Origin: a candidate division FCPU426 bacterium
GTDB taxonomy: Bacteria; Oederibacteriota; Muellerivitia; Muellerivitales; Muellerivitaceae
DNA: 64,000 nucleotides
Reading direction: 5' to 3'
Assembly: GCA_963738405.1 (NCBI GenBank)
Contig: CAVTWJ010000012.1
Span: 64,001 to 128,000 of the forward strand
The notes below the pieces were generated by a model. That model did not search any database. It was given only the letters and a program-made list of their open reading frames with translations, and was not told where the DNA came from. Every line of letters begins with the position of its first letter. The first letter of the stretch is position 1. Positions 52,212 through 62,672 of this stretch are shown here, piece after piece. A program made the translations under genes and the position numbers.

Positions 52212-54035
52212 TTAGAAAATCAGTTCTACCCCGCCACGTACATGGTATTGGGGCTCGAGATAGCCTGGCTGAACCTGGTAAACCTCGCCCAAAAGATTCT
52301 CACCCTGCAACCACAAGGAGAAGGTCTTGTTAAAATGGTAGGTGACCGAGAGGTTGAGGCTGTTGTAGGCGGGCAAGGTGCCGGATGTGGAAGCAAAAGC
52401 GTTGGTGGCGGAAACCATAACCCATTCCAATCGGCCTTCCCATTGATCATCGCCCCGGTAAATAGACAAGACCCCCCGGTTTTGCGGAAGGGCTGTGACG
52501 TTAAGCCCATCGTTGCCCGTGTTGTCGGCCTGGGCGTATTCATAAAGCCCGGAAGCCTGCCAATACCGCGCGAAATCCCACTGCAAACTGGCACCGGCCT
52601 TCGTCATTTGAATTTGGTTGAGTGTGCCGTACTGTTGGATAAAAGTGGGCAAAGCGTCATTGAAATCAGTCCATTGGTGGTAACCCTGAACTTGAGCGGT
52701 GGAAGCCGAGAGTGAAAGAATAATTCTTTCGTTGAGCTTCTGGGTCAAACGGGCGCCCCATTCTGAATTTACTTGGGTAGGTGTTGCAAACCCGCCATCC
52801 GGATCGACATGCTCCCGGTCCATATAGGTATTGTGGAAATCATCCACGTAACGGTCGCTTCGCCAATAAATATCCAATTGGCTGGTTCCGAAAATGCGCC
52901 ACATCAAATCCGCTGCCGGGTAGACATTCAAAGGCAGGTTCAAACTCCCGCCCCCTTCTTGGGCCTGCACTTGGAGAGCTAAAGAAAGATTCTCGCCTGA
53001 TTTAAGGGTGGTTTTGATATCCGCCCATTCCCAGTCGAAGGCTATTGCTCGAAAAGTTGAAAAATCGGAAGTTGCTTGGCGCCAGCCGGCTTCGGCTGAA
53101 AAACTTTCAATGGCTGGGTCGATATTCTCAATTTCCCACCTGACCTGTGTTTCCAGTTCATCTGCGTAATAATCGGTAAGGAGATATTGCCATCCGTATA
53201 ATTCAGTTGTATTGAAGGTCACCTTCAATTGGAACTTGGACAATTCGGTTTGTTTCCACTGCGCTTCCCCGTTGAGATTTATCCCTTGATGGGTTTCAGC
53301 AAGGTTATTTTGATAGGGCAGGTTAGCCTGGTTGTAGTCATAGCCGCCTTCGAGCCTGAAGCTCAATTTATCCTCCGGCAGAAAATGCAGGTCGAGATTG
53401 CCTCCTGTCTTTTGGTCCCCATCCAATCCGGGACCAAGGGCTTGGCCCGACCATGTGGAATAGAACCCGGACAGAATCGCCTGAATATCCTTAAAGTCTT
53501 CACCCACAAGCCCCCAACCGCCATAGGTGCCGGGGATGCCGCCGCCCAAATGCAGCACCACCGCCGAATTTTGCGAGGGACCCGGCTCTTCGGTGGAAAG
53601 GGCCGTCATGGTTTTATTTAATCCCGGCAGGTCGTTGAGGCCCCGTTCGATGCCCGTTAGATCGTGGCTTCCCAGGGTGACGTCATTTTCTTTGCGATCT
53701 AACCGGCTGGCGCCGATGGTTAATTCGTTTTCACCAGTAATAAGGACTTCAGGAAGCGAAAATTCAGGCACCGAGGATGATTTGGCGGGAACCGGGGCCT
53801 TTTCCCCTTCGCCTTGGGATGGAACCTGACCGGGGCCCGGGGCTTGCGACATGGAAGCGGGTTCGTTGGAAGAGGGTTCGGGTTTGGACAGGGCAACCCC
53901 TTGCGGAGCGGGCGCTTCGGAAGTTTCGGTTGTAGCGGCATTGTCATCGGCAGGGTTGGAAGAAGGGTCATCAGCCCAAAGTCTTCCCAAACCCAAACTT
54001 AAGACCATGCAAAGAAGTAAGGATAATTTTTTCAT
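52212..54035 (-). CDS. Outer-membrane beta-barrel, TonB-dependent receptor-like
   Basis: Signal MKKLSLL (ATGA overlap with upstream stop); LPEVLITG; ENLL...Y; terminal Phe. Confidence 0.75.
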   Translation of the reverse strand: MKKLSLLLCMVLSLGLGRLWADDPSSNPADDNAATTETSEAPAPQGVALSKPEPSSNEPASMSQAPGPGQVPSQGEGEKAPVPAKSSSVPEFSLPEVLITGENELTIGASRLDRKENDVTLGSHDLTGIERGLNDLPGLNKTMTALSTEEPGPSQNSAVVLHLGGGIPGTYGGWGLVGEDFKDIQAILSGFYSTWSGQALGPGLDGDQKTGGNLDLHFLPEDKLSFRLEGGYDYNQANLPYQNNLAETHQGINLNGEAQWKQTELSKFQLKVTFNTTELYGWQYLLTDYYADELETQVRWEIENIDPAIESFSAEAGWRQATSDFSTFRAIAFDWEWADIKTTLKSGENLSLALQVQAQEGGGSLNLPLNVYPAADLMWRIFGTSQLDIYWRSDRYVDDFHNTYMDREHVDPDGGFATPTQVNSEWGARLTQKLNERIILSLSASTAQVQGYHQWTDFNDALPTFIQQYGTLNQIQMTKAGASLQWDFARYWQASGLYEYAQADNTGNDGLNVTALPQNRGVLSIYRGDDQWEGRLEWVMVSATNAFASTSGTLPAYNSLNLSVTYHFNKTFSLWLQGENLLGEVYQVQPGYLEPQYHVRGGVELIF

Positions 54036-56986
54036 GGGGTCACCGCCGGAGTGGGCTTGGGCTGGACGGCCGAAGAAGCCTTCTTCTTTTTGTGGGACGC
54101 CATGAGCGTTTTTAAAACCCTCATTCGCTTGAGGGCCGCGTTGCGGTATTGCTTGACCTTTGTGAAATCCAAAAGCCTTTGGTAGGTCGCCATGGCGTCG
54201 CTGTATTTTTTCTGATTTTCGTAACATTCCGCCGCGCGGGCAAAAGCCGTTACAGCCCACTGGTCTTGCTCGGGATACTTGTCGATCAAGACGTTGAATT
54301 CGGTGATAGCTTCCGGATATTTGCCCATGCTTTTCAAAAGATCGGCGTGATAAAAGGAGGCCTCCGCAGCCAGTTTGGGGTCCGACGATTTCATGCTTTC
54401 GGCGTAGGCTGAAAGCGCCTCATCGGGTTTTTCCGCTTTTTCCAGCAAGATCCCCGCGTTAATGGCCGCTTCTTTCGAGAGCGGGTCATCGGGATATTCT
54501 TTCATCAATTTCCTGAAATCTTCCAGGGCAATATCCGGGTGTTTGAGTTGTTTCTCGCAAACCGCGCTGTTGAAAAGGCAATGGGGCGCCAGGCGGTGGG
54601 TGGGGTAGGTTTGGTAGATTTGGGTGTAGGCTTCCAGCGCCTTTTTAAAATTCTGCGACTCGAAATAAAGCGAACCCAGGCTAAACTGACCCTCCAGGGC
54701 CAAGGGGTCATTGGGATATTTTTCCAGCAATTGTTTAAAGACGCCCATCGCGTCTTTAGATTGGTCCTGTTTGACCATGGCCGTTCCCATCCAAAAGAGG
54801 GCACGCGGGGCCACCGCGGAGTCGGGGTATTTCGCAACCAAGTCTTGGAACGAATCGACCGCTTCCTTGAATTTGCCGTCATGGAACAGGTTTTCAGCCA
54901 ACCGGTATTGGATGTCCGGGGCAAACTTGCTGTTGGGATATTGGGCCAGGAAATTCTGCGAAACCTGGTTTGCCTCCTCCTTTTGGCCCATCTTTTCCGC
55001 CGACCACTGGAGGCCGTAAAGGGCGTCCGGAAGCAGGGGATGGTCAGGGTAGAGGCCAAGGAAAGACTTGTAAGCATCCTTGGCGTCGGGGTAGCGCTGG
55101 AGGTTGAAATAACAGTCGGCCTCGCGCAAATGGGCCTCGGGGGCCAGGGCGTCTTTCGGAAATTGCGTCTCGACGGATTTGAACTCCCCGGCGGCCTTCT
55201 CAAAATTCTTTTGGCGGAAATAGGCCCAGGCAGTCCAATATAAAAGCCGGGAGTCCCGATCCGAGGCGGATGGGTTTTGAATCAGGACATCCCAATCGGT
55301 GACGGCCTCAGCGAATTTTTCGCGTCTGTAATCGCACCAGCCGATCTGTTCCTGTGCATCCAAAGCCGTTTCGGTTCCGGCGGAGACGCCTAAGGCTTTT
55401 CGGTAGGTATCCTCGGCCTGGTCGTAATGGTGTAGGTTGTAAAAACAATCCCCCGCCCGGAGCCAGGATTCGCCCGCAAGGGGCGTTTTAGGAGAAAGAT
55501 TCGCGGCCTTGATGAATTGGGCCGAAGCCTCGTCGAAATTTTCCTCTTCAAATTCGCACCATCCCAGTCCTGACAAGTCCTGCTGGGAGAGCTGGGTGTC
55601 CGGGGTTTCATCCAGGGATTGCTGGTAATAGCGAGCGGCTTCTTTGTAATTTTGCGCCTGGTAGTCCGATTCCCCGGCCGCCCAGAGAGTCTTGGCCTTG
55701 AGCTGGCCGGAGGACTTTTCCCCCAGATCTTTGAACTTCAATAGGGCCTCGGGATATTTGCCCAGGGCATATTGGCACCAACCCTGCCAATAGAGAGCGT
55801 TGAGGGAAATATCCTCCGGCGAGTTGGCGGCCAGAAGGTAATTCTGATAGGCCTCTTCGTAGTTCCCCTGCAGGTAATACCCGCCCGCCTTAAGATAAAC
55901 CGCGTCCCACTTCAGGTCGCTTCCTGGGATGAAATGGTAAACCGAATCAAATTCGCCTCCCGCCTCGTCGTATTTTTTCTCCGCGAAATTGATGGTTCCC
56001 AAACCAAATTCCAGCAGGTCGGCGGGAGGGGAGGTCCCTGCCAATTGAAGGCCCTTCTGATAATCTTGCCGGGCCTCATCCGGCAAATTCAAATCGGTCT
56101 TGGCCACGCCGGCCCGAACCGCCGCCCAAGGCGCCAGCGGATGGCCCGAATCCTCTGAGAGGATCAGTTCAAACGCCTTCGCGGCGCCCGCCTCATTCCC
56201 CTGCTTTTGGAGCGACCATCCCAAACCGTAACGGGCCCCCGCTTCCAGATAATCTTTCGGGTAAAGGTCGAGGAACTTTTGGTATGCCGCCTGGGCTTCG
56301 GCGAATTTTCCGTTTCGAAAAAGAGTCTCGGCCATTTGGAACCGGCAAAGCTTTTGAAGCGACGGATCCTTGGCTTGGCCCAGGGCGTCGGTGAATCCGG
56401 AGAAGGCTTTTTCATACTGTTTTTGCTGAAAAAGGCACCAAGCCTGGAGGTAATGCACCAGTGGAACGAAGGGGTAATTTTCGTTGCGGTCCAAAATAGC
56501 GGAGTATTTCTCGCCCGCCTCTTGGTACTTTTCCATCTGGAAATAACATTCCCCTTCCCAGAAATAGAGGTCGGGCAGGAAATCCGTTTCTTTGAACCGG
56601 CTCTCCAGCCCCTGGAACTTGGTGAGGGCGGTTGGGTAATCCTTCAAGTAAACCAAAGAGACTGCCGATTTGAATTCATAGCCCAGGGCCCCCGGGGCCA
56701 AGGGATAAAGGCGCAGGGACTGCTGGTAGGCTTGGTAGGCGGCGGAAAAGTCCTTCTCGCGAAACTGGGTTTCGCCGATCAGCCGAAGGGCCAGGGCCCT
56801 TTCCAATGGATTTTCGCTTTTTTCCTCCACCAACAGAAACCGTTCCATAGCCAGCCGGTAGGCCCGGGCCTTAAGGAGGACACGGCCTTCATCCGTGGGG
56901 GAGGGGGGAGCGATGCCGGCGGGAATAGCAGGAGCCGTGAGAAATAACAGCAGAAAAAGAATTGAACACCATTGAAACAAAATCAA
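54032..56986 (-). CDS. Large periplasmic TPR protein
   Basis: Signal peptide; many TPR units with YP motifs. Confidence 0.9.
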   Translation of the reverse strand: MILFQWCSILFLLLFLTAPAIPAGIAPPSPTDEGRVLLKARAYRLAMERFLLVEEKSENPLERALALRLIGETQFREKDFSAAYQAYQQSLRLYPLAPGALGYEFKSAVSLVYLKDYPTALTKFQGLESRFKETDFLPDLYFWEGECYFQMEKYQEAGEKYSAILDRNENYPFVPLVHYLQAWCLFQQKQYEKAFSGFTDALGQAKDPSLQKLCRFQMAETLFRNGKFAEAQAAYQKFLDLYPKDYLEAGARYGLGWSLQKQGNEAGAAKAFELILSEDSGHPLAPWAAVRAGVAKTDLNLPDEARQDYQKGLQLAGTSPPADLLEFGLGTINFAEKKYDEAGGEFDSVYHFIPGSDLKWDAVYLKAGGYYLQGNYEEAYQNYLLAANSPEDISLNALYWQGWCQYALGKYPEALLKFKDLGEKSSGQLKAKTLWAAGESDYQAQNYKEAARYYQQSLDETPDTQLSQQDLSGLGWCEFEEENFDEASAQFIKAANLSPKTPLAGESWLRAGDCFYNLHHYDQAEDTYRKALGVSAGTETALDAQEQIGWCDYRREKFAEAVTDWDVLIQNPSASDRDSRLLYWTAWAYFRQKNFEKAAGEFKSVETQFPKDALAPEAHLREADCYFNLQRYPDAKDAYKSFLGLYPDHPLLPDALYGLQWSAEKMGQKEEANQVSQNFLAQYPNSKFAPDIQYRLAENLFHDGKFKEAVDSFQDLVAKYPDSAVAPRALFWMGTAMVKQDQSKDAMGVFKQLLEKYPNDPLALEGQFSLGSLYFESQNFKKALEAYTQIYQTYPTHRLAPHCLFNSAVCEKQLKHPDIALEDFRKLMKEYPDDPLSKEAAINAGILLEKAEKPDEALSAYAESMKSSDPKLAAEASFYHADLLKSMGKYPEAITEFNVLIDKYPEQDQWAVTAFARAAECYENQKKYSDAMATYQRLLDFTKVKQYRNAALKRMRVLKTLMASHKKKKASSAVQPKPTPAVTP

Positions 56987-57314
56987 CCACCTTGGATAAA
57001 TTTAAAAAAAGTGTATACGGTTCCACGCCTGAAATCAGCGCCCAAAATTTGATTTCCACCTGGCGGACGGAAAAACCAATCGAACGGACAAGTTTTCTTA
57101 ATAGTATTGCCCTCTCCAATACTGTCAGATGTTAGCCTAAAAGGCGCCCCAAAACCGTAATGAAAATCGGTCACCGTTACCCACAGCTACTGAACCCACT
57201 GAGCTTCTTCCTGGTTTTTCGCGTCGGCATTCAAATCGCCTGTGAAGAGATTACCAGTTAGATAAAGGATTAATAGGTAGGGGATAAATATTCGTTATTC
57301 ATACCCTCTAAGCC

Positions 57315-57818
57315 CTAAGAAAGAATGGCCTTTATTAGCGCCTGGTCCATTTTCTTTCTTTTCCTTACTTTGGGTGGCGAGGAAAAAGCAAACTCCAGTT
57401 TCAATAATAATTCGAGCCATAGGTTTTGTTGCTCATGGGTTAGGGCTTCATTCAAGACGCTGATGAACTCATCGAACACTTTGTTGATTTCTAATGTGGC
57501 CCGGCGTCCCTTCTCGGTGAGAAAAACCTGCCAACAGCGTTTATCTTTGGCTTCCCCACCCCTCTGAACGATTCCTTTTTTCATCAATTGATAAAAGGTC
57601 CGGTTGATCATAGCGGGATCCGAAACCGTTAATCTCGACAGATCGGCCAAACTGCATTTTTCGTGGGTTTCGATTTGCCTTAATATCAAGGCTTGGCTGG
57701 TGTTCCATCCTGAGGCCTTCAGACGCCGGCTTAAAGCCCGGTTAATTCTTCGCTGGACGTTTTCCAAAAGTTCAAATGAATCGGACATTTTCAATCTCCT
57801 TTTTTTCGTTTGATCCAA
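57315..57818 (-). CDS. MarR-family regulator
   Basis: L.KKG.V.R.....DKR...V.LTEKG. Confidence 0.85.
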   Translation of the reverse strand: MDQTKKRRLKMSDSFELLENVQRRINRALSRRLKASGWNTSQALILRQIETHEKCSLADLSRLTVSDPAMINRTFYQLMKKGIVQRGGEAKDKRCWQVFLTEKGRRATLEINKVFDEFISVLNEALTHEQQNLWLELLLKLEFAFSSPPKVRKRKKMDQALIKAILS

Positions 57819-57864
57819 ATCACTGAAAAATCTAATTCTTAAGGTTATTACTCATGAATCCGCG

Positions 57865-58371
57865 TTAATTCATGTTGATTTCAAATTCAACCCTTCGATT
57901 TTTAGCCCGGTTTACCGGAGTGTCGTTAGTTGAAACAGGGTCAGCGTCGCCTTCCCCTGTCGCGCTGACGTAATCAACCGGGACCGATTGTTTGACCATT
58001 TCATTCTTAATGGCTTGGGCCCGCCGCTCGGACAGAACCAAGTTCTTAGTGGATGAACCGCCGTTATCGGTATAGTCCAGAATGGTAACCAAGTCCGAAG
58101 GGTGGTTCGCCAACACTTTTGAGATTCCGTCGATGATTTGAATTCCATTTTGGCTCAACTTGCTCCGGCCAAGTTTGAAAAGCGAGTCACCTTCCACAAC
58201 GATCTTGAGCCCTTTGGCGGTTTGTGTGACATCGCCCCAGGGGGAAAATTCCGCGGTTTGGGTATCGACAGGCCTTGGAGTCACGGCTTTTTTGACCTGT
58301 TGTTCAGTGGTGCTGCATCCATTTAAGGCTGCGACAATGGCGAAAATCAGAATGAATTGATAAATTTTCAT
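57865..58371 (-). CDS. OmpA-family lipoprotein
   Basis: LNGC lipobox; TDN.G....N..LS.RRA; NRRVE. Confidence 0.9.
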   Translation of the reverse strand: MKIYQFILIFAIVAALNGCSTTEQQVKKAVTPRPVDTQTAEFSPWGDVTQTAKGLKIVVEGDSLFKLGRSKLSQNGIQIIDGISKVLANHPSDLVTILDYTDNGGSSTKNLVLSERRAQAIKNEMVKQSVPVDYVSATGEGDADPVSTNDTPVNRAKNRRVEFEINMN

Positions 58372-58507
58372 GGGAAAAACCTCCTTTGTTTTCTTTTACA
58401 TGCAAATAAATCTCAGGGCAGGATCAGGTTCGTCCCTAGAACCCGTCCGGGGAAGGCTGGCGCCGGTCCCCCGACGGGTTCCCCGGAAAAACCGGGACCC
58501 GAAAAAC

Positions 58508-58693
58508 TTATTTTTTTACCATTGGCGTGGTACTTGGCTTCACGGTTTTGCTCATCTTTTTCTTATGAGTTCTCTTATGTTTCATCGTTTTGGCTGCAGG
58601 TGTCTTGGATGGGGTGGGTTCGGCTGCGAACGCAGAACCTGCAACCACCGCCAAGAACATTACCGCCAACAATGTTGCCAATACCTTTTTCAT
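58508..58693 (-). CDS. Small secreted Lys-rich protein
   Basis: AAGGAG RBS; signal peptide ending AFA; basic tail. Confidence 0.7.
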   Translation of the reverse strand: MKKVLATLLAVMFLAVVAGSAFAAEPTPSKTPAAKTMKHKRTHKKKMSKTVKPSTTPMVKK

Positions 58694-58869
58694 AACTTTC
58701 TCCTTAAGTTTTTATGTACAGCCGGGAGACATTCTTTTTTCGGAATGTTTTCCCTTACCACCAAACAAACAACTCCAAAATTCCCCAGAAAACTGGGGCT
58801 GGATAAAACGCCTGGCCGGAGGAAGGCCGGGCGAGGATCCGGGATGCCGCCGGACCCTAAACCGGGAGG

Positions 58870-59301
58870 TTAGAAATAATCCACCGGCAATGTCTCCCTC
58901 GGCTGGGTGTGAGGCACAAACTTGGGCGTGGCGGAAGCCACCTGTTTCGCATGGTTGATCTCTTCCATGGCGAAGCCTTTCTGGACCTTTAAAACCTGAT
59001 GGGAATAAATCAAATCAGGGTCTTTAATTTCATCCCGATTGGTTTTGAAAAGCAGAGGCCACTCGAAAGAGTCCCCGTAAACATTGGGCTTTCCGGCTAT
59101 TTGCCACAGGCAGTCGTGCCTGCGGACGGTATATTGGGCCAGGGTTTCCCTTACCGGTTTACCAGCCGGACTTTCACCGCTTGAAAGCGTCTTGGCAGGA
59201 TTTTGGCCGCTCATGTTTTGTTTATTTGTTCCGCACCCCGTTAAAACACCGCCCAAGAACAAAACCGTAGTGACATAAACGGCTCTTTTGAAATTTTTCA
59301 T
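58870..59301 (-). CDS. LysM lipoprotein
   Basis: LTGC; YTV...DCLW.IA...YG....WP.....N...IKDPDLI. Confidence 0.85.
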   Translation of the reverse strand: MKNFKRAVYVTTVLFLGGVLTGCGTNKQNMSGQNPAKTLSSGESPAGKPVRETLAQYTVRRHDCLWQIAGKPNVYGDSFEWPLLFKTNRDEIKDPDLIYSHQVLKVQKGFAMEEINHAKQVASATPKFVPHTQPRETLPVDYF

Positions 59302-59639
59302 GACTTTTCTCCTTTCATGGGTGAATTGAATAACGGATTAACTCGCCTGTTCATTTCCTTATTTCTTATCAACCTTCCATTAGGTTTCTGGAAAGAGGCT
59401 CGAATCCTGTTTGAGTTTGAAGAGACCGTTGGGAGATTCGAGCTGAATAGGGAACCCTGCCTTGGCTTTACAAGGGCGTTGAGCGGGGGATGAGCGGCCT
59501 GGAATAAACCTCGTACCAGCTGCGAAACCGGTTTATCCCAGGGGATGTTGCCTAATTTCTTGAGAAACGGTCTTGAAAAACCGGCCAGGATAATCAGGGC
59601 GTAAACACAAACACCGAGTAATAATTCTTCGCGTTTCAT
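59298..59639 (-). CDS. Hypothetical protein
   Basis: AAGGAG RBS; ATGA overlap with the LysM gene. Confidence 0.45.
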   Translation of the reverse strand: MKREELLLGVCVYALIILAGFSRPFLKKLGNIPWDKPVSQLVRGLFQAAHPPLNALVKPRQGSLFSSNLPTVSSNSNRIRASFQKPNGRLIRNKEMNRRVNPLFNSPMKGEKS

Positions 59640-59730
59640 GGAGTCTCCTTTCGTGGGGATTTCGAGCGCAACAGTGCGCACGAATATGCGCCAGGCAGCA
59701 AAAGCCCGGACACTTAAACGAAAGGAAGAA

Positions 59731-60054
59731 TCAGATTCTTAAAATGGGTGAGATCTTGTGAGAGGAAAGCTCTTCGGCAGGCGCAAGGCAAAAAATCCCT
59801 TTGGGAATGGAAGGGGCTTTTTCCCTAGAAACAGCGGGAACCAGAGCAACGATTTCTGGCGCTTCCCTGTCAATGCTGCGGAGCGCGGTTTGAGGGGTGG
59901 TTAAGTCTTGGTTGTTCGTTGGGAAAAACTTCGATTCATGCAGGGACCCCGAATAGGAACCGTTGTGAAGGGAAACTACCACTGGCCGCAGTATAAACGC
60001 TGGCAACAGAGCTAAAACGAAAAATCGAATGAGAAGATCAATCTTTTTCCGCAT
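59731..60054 (-). CDS. Hypothetical protein
   Basis: AAGGA RBS, N-terminal hydrophobic segment. Confidence 0.45.
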   Translation of the reverse strand: MRKKIDLLIRFFVLALLPAFILRPVVVSLHNGSYSGSLHESKFFPTNNQDLTTPQTALRSIDREAPEIVALVPAVSREKAPSIPKGIFCLAPAEELSSHKISPILRI

Positions 60055-60125
60055 GTTGCATCCTTTTAGTCTTCACTTATAGGACGCTTTAAGTTTGGAA
60101 AAAGTTTCAAAGAAAAAGAGCTAAA

Positions 60126-61856
60126 TTAATAATCCTCGTCTTCTTCCTCTTCCGTCTTTGACTTCTTAATGAATTTCTTGAGCATCTTTTGGAAGGCGCT
60201 GGTCTTGCGGTGAACGCTGTGTTCCTCTGACGCTTCCTCGACGCTATCGGTTTTTTCTGACTTCTCGGATTTTTTGTCGTTAAGTGCCTTAATCGAGAGG
60301 CCGATCCGGCGCTTGCCGGTATCCACCGAAATAACCTTAACGGTCACTTCATCGCCTACCTTCAGAGCCGCTTCCACTGTTTTGGGGATGGGGTTGGCGA
60401 TTTCGGTTTTGTGGATCAAGCCTTCGACATTTTTCTCAAGTTCCACGAAGGCGCCAAACTCGGCCAATCGCGCCACCTTGCCGGTCAAGGTCATGCCGGG
60501 GTGATATTTTTCCTCGATCTTGTCCCAGGGATCCCCGTCCACCTGCTTGAGCCCCAATGAAATTCTTTTTTTCTCGTTGTCGATGCCGAGCAGCTTCACG
60601 GTGATAGTCTGCCCCACTTTGAATTCTTTCTGGGGGCTTTTCACGCGCTTGTCCCAGCTGATATCCGATTGGTGCAGGAGCCCTTCCAGCCCTTCCTCCA
60701 GTTCCACGAACACGCCGAATTCAGTCACGTTTGTGATGGTGCCCTGCAGGTTTGAGCCGATGGAATAACGGTGCTGGACATCTTCCCAGGGACTCTTTTC
60801 CATGCGCTTGAAGCTCAGGTTGATTTTCCGCTTCTCGAAATCGATCTCGATGATGCGGGCCATTTTTTTCTCGCCCGCTTTGAAAATATCGGAAGGTTTG
60901 CGCATTTTCTTGGACCAGGTCAGCTCGGTCAGGTGGCAAAAACCCTCCAGTTTGTCGGGCGTACGGACAAAGACCCCGTAATCGACAAAATGAGTCACTT
61001 CCACTTCGAGGGCTTGGTCTACGCGGTATTTTTTATCGGCCTCGACCCAGGGATCGGGCGTCATTTGTTTCAAACCCAGTGAGATCTTGCCTTTTTCTTT
61101 GTCGACCTGGAGCACCATAACCTTCACCGGGCTGTCAACCTTGATATAGTCCTCGACCTTACTAACCCTGCCCCAATCGATATCGGCGATATGCAAAAGC
61201 CCGTCGATGCCGTTCAAATCCACGAAGGCCCCGTAGCTGACGATGCTTTTCACCCTTCCGTCGATCACGTCGCCGGGATTAAGTTCCGAAATTCTTTTAG
61301 TTCGCCCCTCTTCCCTTTCCATTTCCAAAACGGGGCGGCGGGAAAGAACCACATTCGAACGGCCCCGGTCCAATTTGATGATCTTGAAGTCGTAGATTTT
61401 TTCCAGGTGCTCTTCCGTCTCGGGATTCCGCTGAAGGGAAATTTGACTCGCCGGTAAAAAGGCCTCGACTTGCCCGATATCCACCCGATAGCCGCCGTTC
61501 ACCTTTTTAATGACACGGCCCTTGATGAGGGCGCCCGCCTGCTGGGTTTCTTCCAGGGTTTGCCAGACTCGGGACCGATCCACATTGCGCTTGGAAAGCT
61601 TAAGCCGCCCGTTCGAATCGGACATTCTTTCAATGGTCACCTCGACCTCGTCGCCTTCCTTGACGGTCAATTGGCCGGTGATATCCAAAAATTCAGTGCG
61701 GAAAATAACGCCTTCGGTTTTATAGCCAACGTCAATGACTAGTTCTTCCTGGCCGATTTTCACAATTCGGCCTTTAACAACCTGGCCACGGGAGACTCTT
61801 TTTTCCTCGTTTAAGAGTTCTTCCATTGTCATTTCTTGGATGGGGGTGTCATTCAT
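60126..61856 (-). CDS. rpsA: 30S ribosomal protein S1
   Basis: Six S1 domains; DVGYKTEG, AFLPASQ, DGLLHI.D..W. Confidence 0.95.
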   Translation of the reverse strand: MNDTPIQEMTMEELLNEEKRVSRGQVVKGRIVKIGQEELVIDVGYKTEGVIFRTEFLDITGQLTVKEGDEVEVTIERMSDSNGRLKLSKRNVDRSRVWQTLEETQQAGALIKGRVIKKVNGGYRVDIGQVEAFLPASQISLQRNPETEEHLEKIYDFKIIKLDRGRSNVVLSRRPVLEMEREEGRTKRISELNPGDVIDGRVKSIVSYGAFVDLNGIDGLLHIADIDWGRVSKVEDYIKVDSPVKVMVLQVDKEKGKISLGLKQMTPDPWVEADKKYRVDQALEVEVTHFVDYGVFVRTPDKLEGFCHLTELTWSKKMRKPSDIFKAGEKKMARIIEIDFEKRKINLSFKRMEKSPWEDVQHRYSIGSNLQGTITNVTEFGVFVELEEGLEGLLHQSDISWDKRVKSPQKEFKVGQTITVKLLGIDNEKKRISLGLKQVDGDPWDKIEEKYHPGMTLTGKVARLAEFGAFVELEKNVEGLIHKTEIANPIPKTVEAALKVGDEVTVKVISVDTGKRRIGLSIKALNDKKSEKSEKTDSVEEASEEHSVHRKTSAFQKMLKKFIKKSKTEEEEDEDY

Positions 61857-62036
61857 GGTTTATTCCTCAGGTTCTTGCTCCGCTTGGGGGAGAAAATTTG
61901 TGGTTTTCATTCTACAACAGGGGAGAGGTGGTGCAAACCCTTACGGGCAACTTTCAAGGCGGATAGGGTTCAAAAAGGGTTAGAAAGAAGCGGTAAATGG
62001 AAGCCCGAAATCACCAAAACCATCAAGGAGGATGGT

Positions 62037-62672
62037 TTAACCTTTGACGGGCTTCAGCGCTGCGATGTAGGTCATGATCCTCTCGGCGATGAGCCGGTAG
62101 GTAGCCTTTTCAGCGGGCAAAAGATAAAGGTCGTCCAAGGGAATCGCAGGCCCATAGGCGACCGTCACTTTCCCTGGCTTGGGAAAGAGTTTTCCCTTGG
62201 GCAAAGATTGAAAGGTACCATCGATATAGGCGGGTATGGCAGGTACCTTAGCGTTGTAAAGGAGCATCCCCACGCCTTTTTTGGCTGGTTGAAGCTCGCC
62301 ATCAAGGGTTCGGGTGCCTTCGGGATAGAGACAGAGGGGTTTACCAGAATCAAGGAAATCGTGGAATCTTTGGATGGCGAGAGCATCTTGGGCCCCGCGT
62401 TTGACCGGAAAGGCCCCGCATCGACTGATGATCCAGCCGAAGAATGGGTTTCGGAAGAGTTCTTCCTTGGCCATGAATCCCACCTGCCGAATCTGGCTGG
62501 TATAGCCAATCATGTAGGGGTCCAAAAAGCTGGCATGGTTAGCCAAAACCACGAAGGGCCCCCTTTCAGGGATGTTTTCAGCGCCCTTGGATTGAACACC
62601 AAAATATCTCGAAGTGAACCAGGCCGTGGTTAGACGAATTTTGGGAAAGGATTTCAAGGCTACCGATTCCAA
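62037..62672 (-). CDS. plsC: 1-acyl-sn-glycerol-3-phosphate acyltransferase
   Basis: NHASFLD and PEGTR motifs. Confidence 0.9.
   Translation of the reverse strand: MESVALKSFPKIRLTTAWFTSRYFGVQSKGAENIPERGPFVVLANHASFLDPYMIGYTSQIRQVGFMAKEELFRNPFFGWIISRCGAFPVKRGAQDALAIQRFHDFLDSGKPLCLYPEGTRTLDGELQPAKKGVGMLLYNAKVPAIPAYIDGTFQSLPKGKLFPKPGKVTVAYGPAIPLDDLYLLPAEKATYRLIAERIMTYIAALKPVKG

Noticed and set aside
58440..58868. Shared GC-rich motif in two intergenic regions
   Set aside because: Similarity too short and low-complexity to support a repeat family
59665..59696. Sigma54 promoter (TGGCGC...TGC on the minus strand)
   Set aside because: GG-to-GC spacing is 11 rather than the required 10
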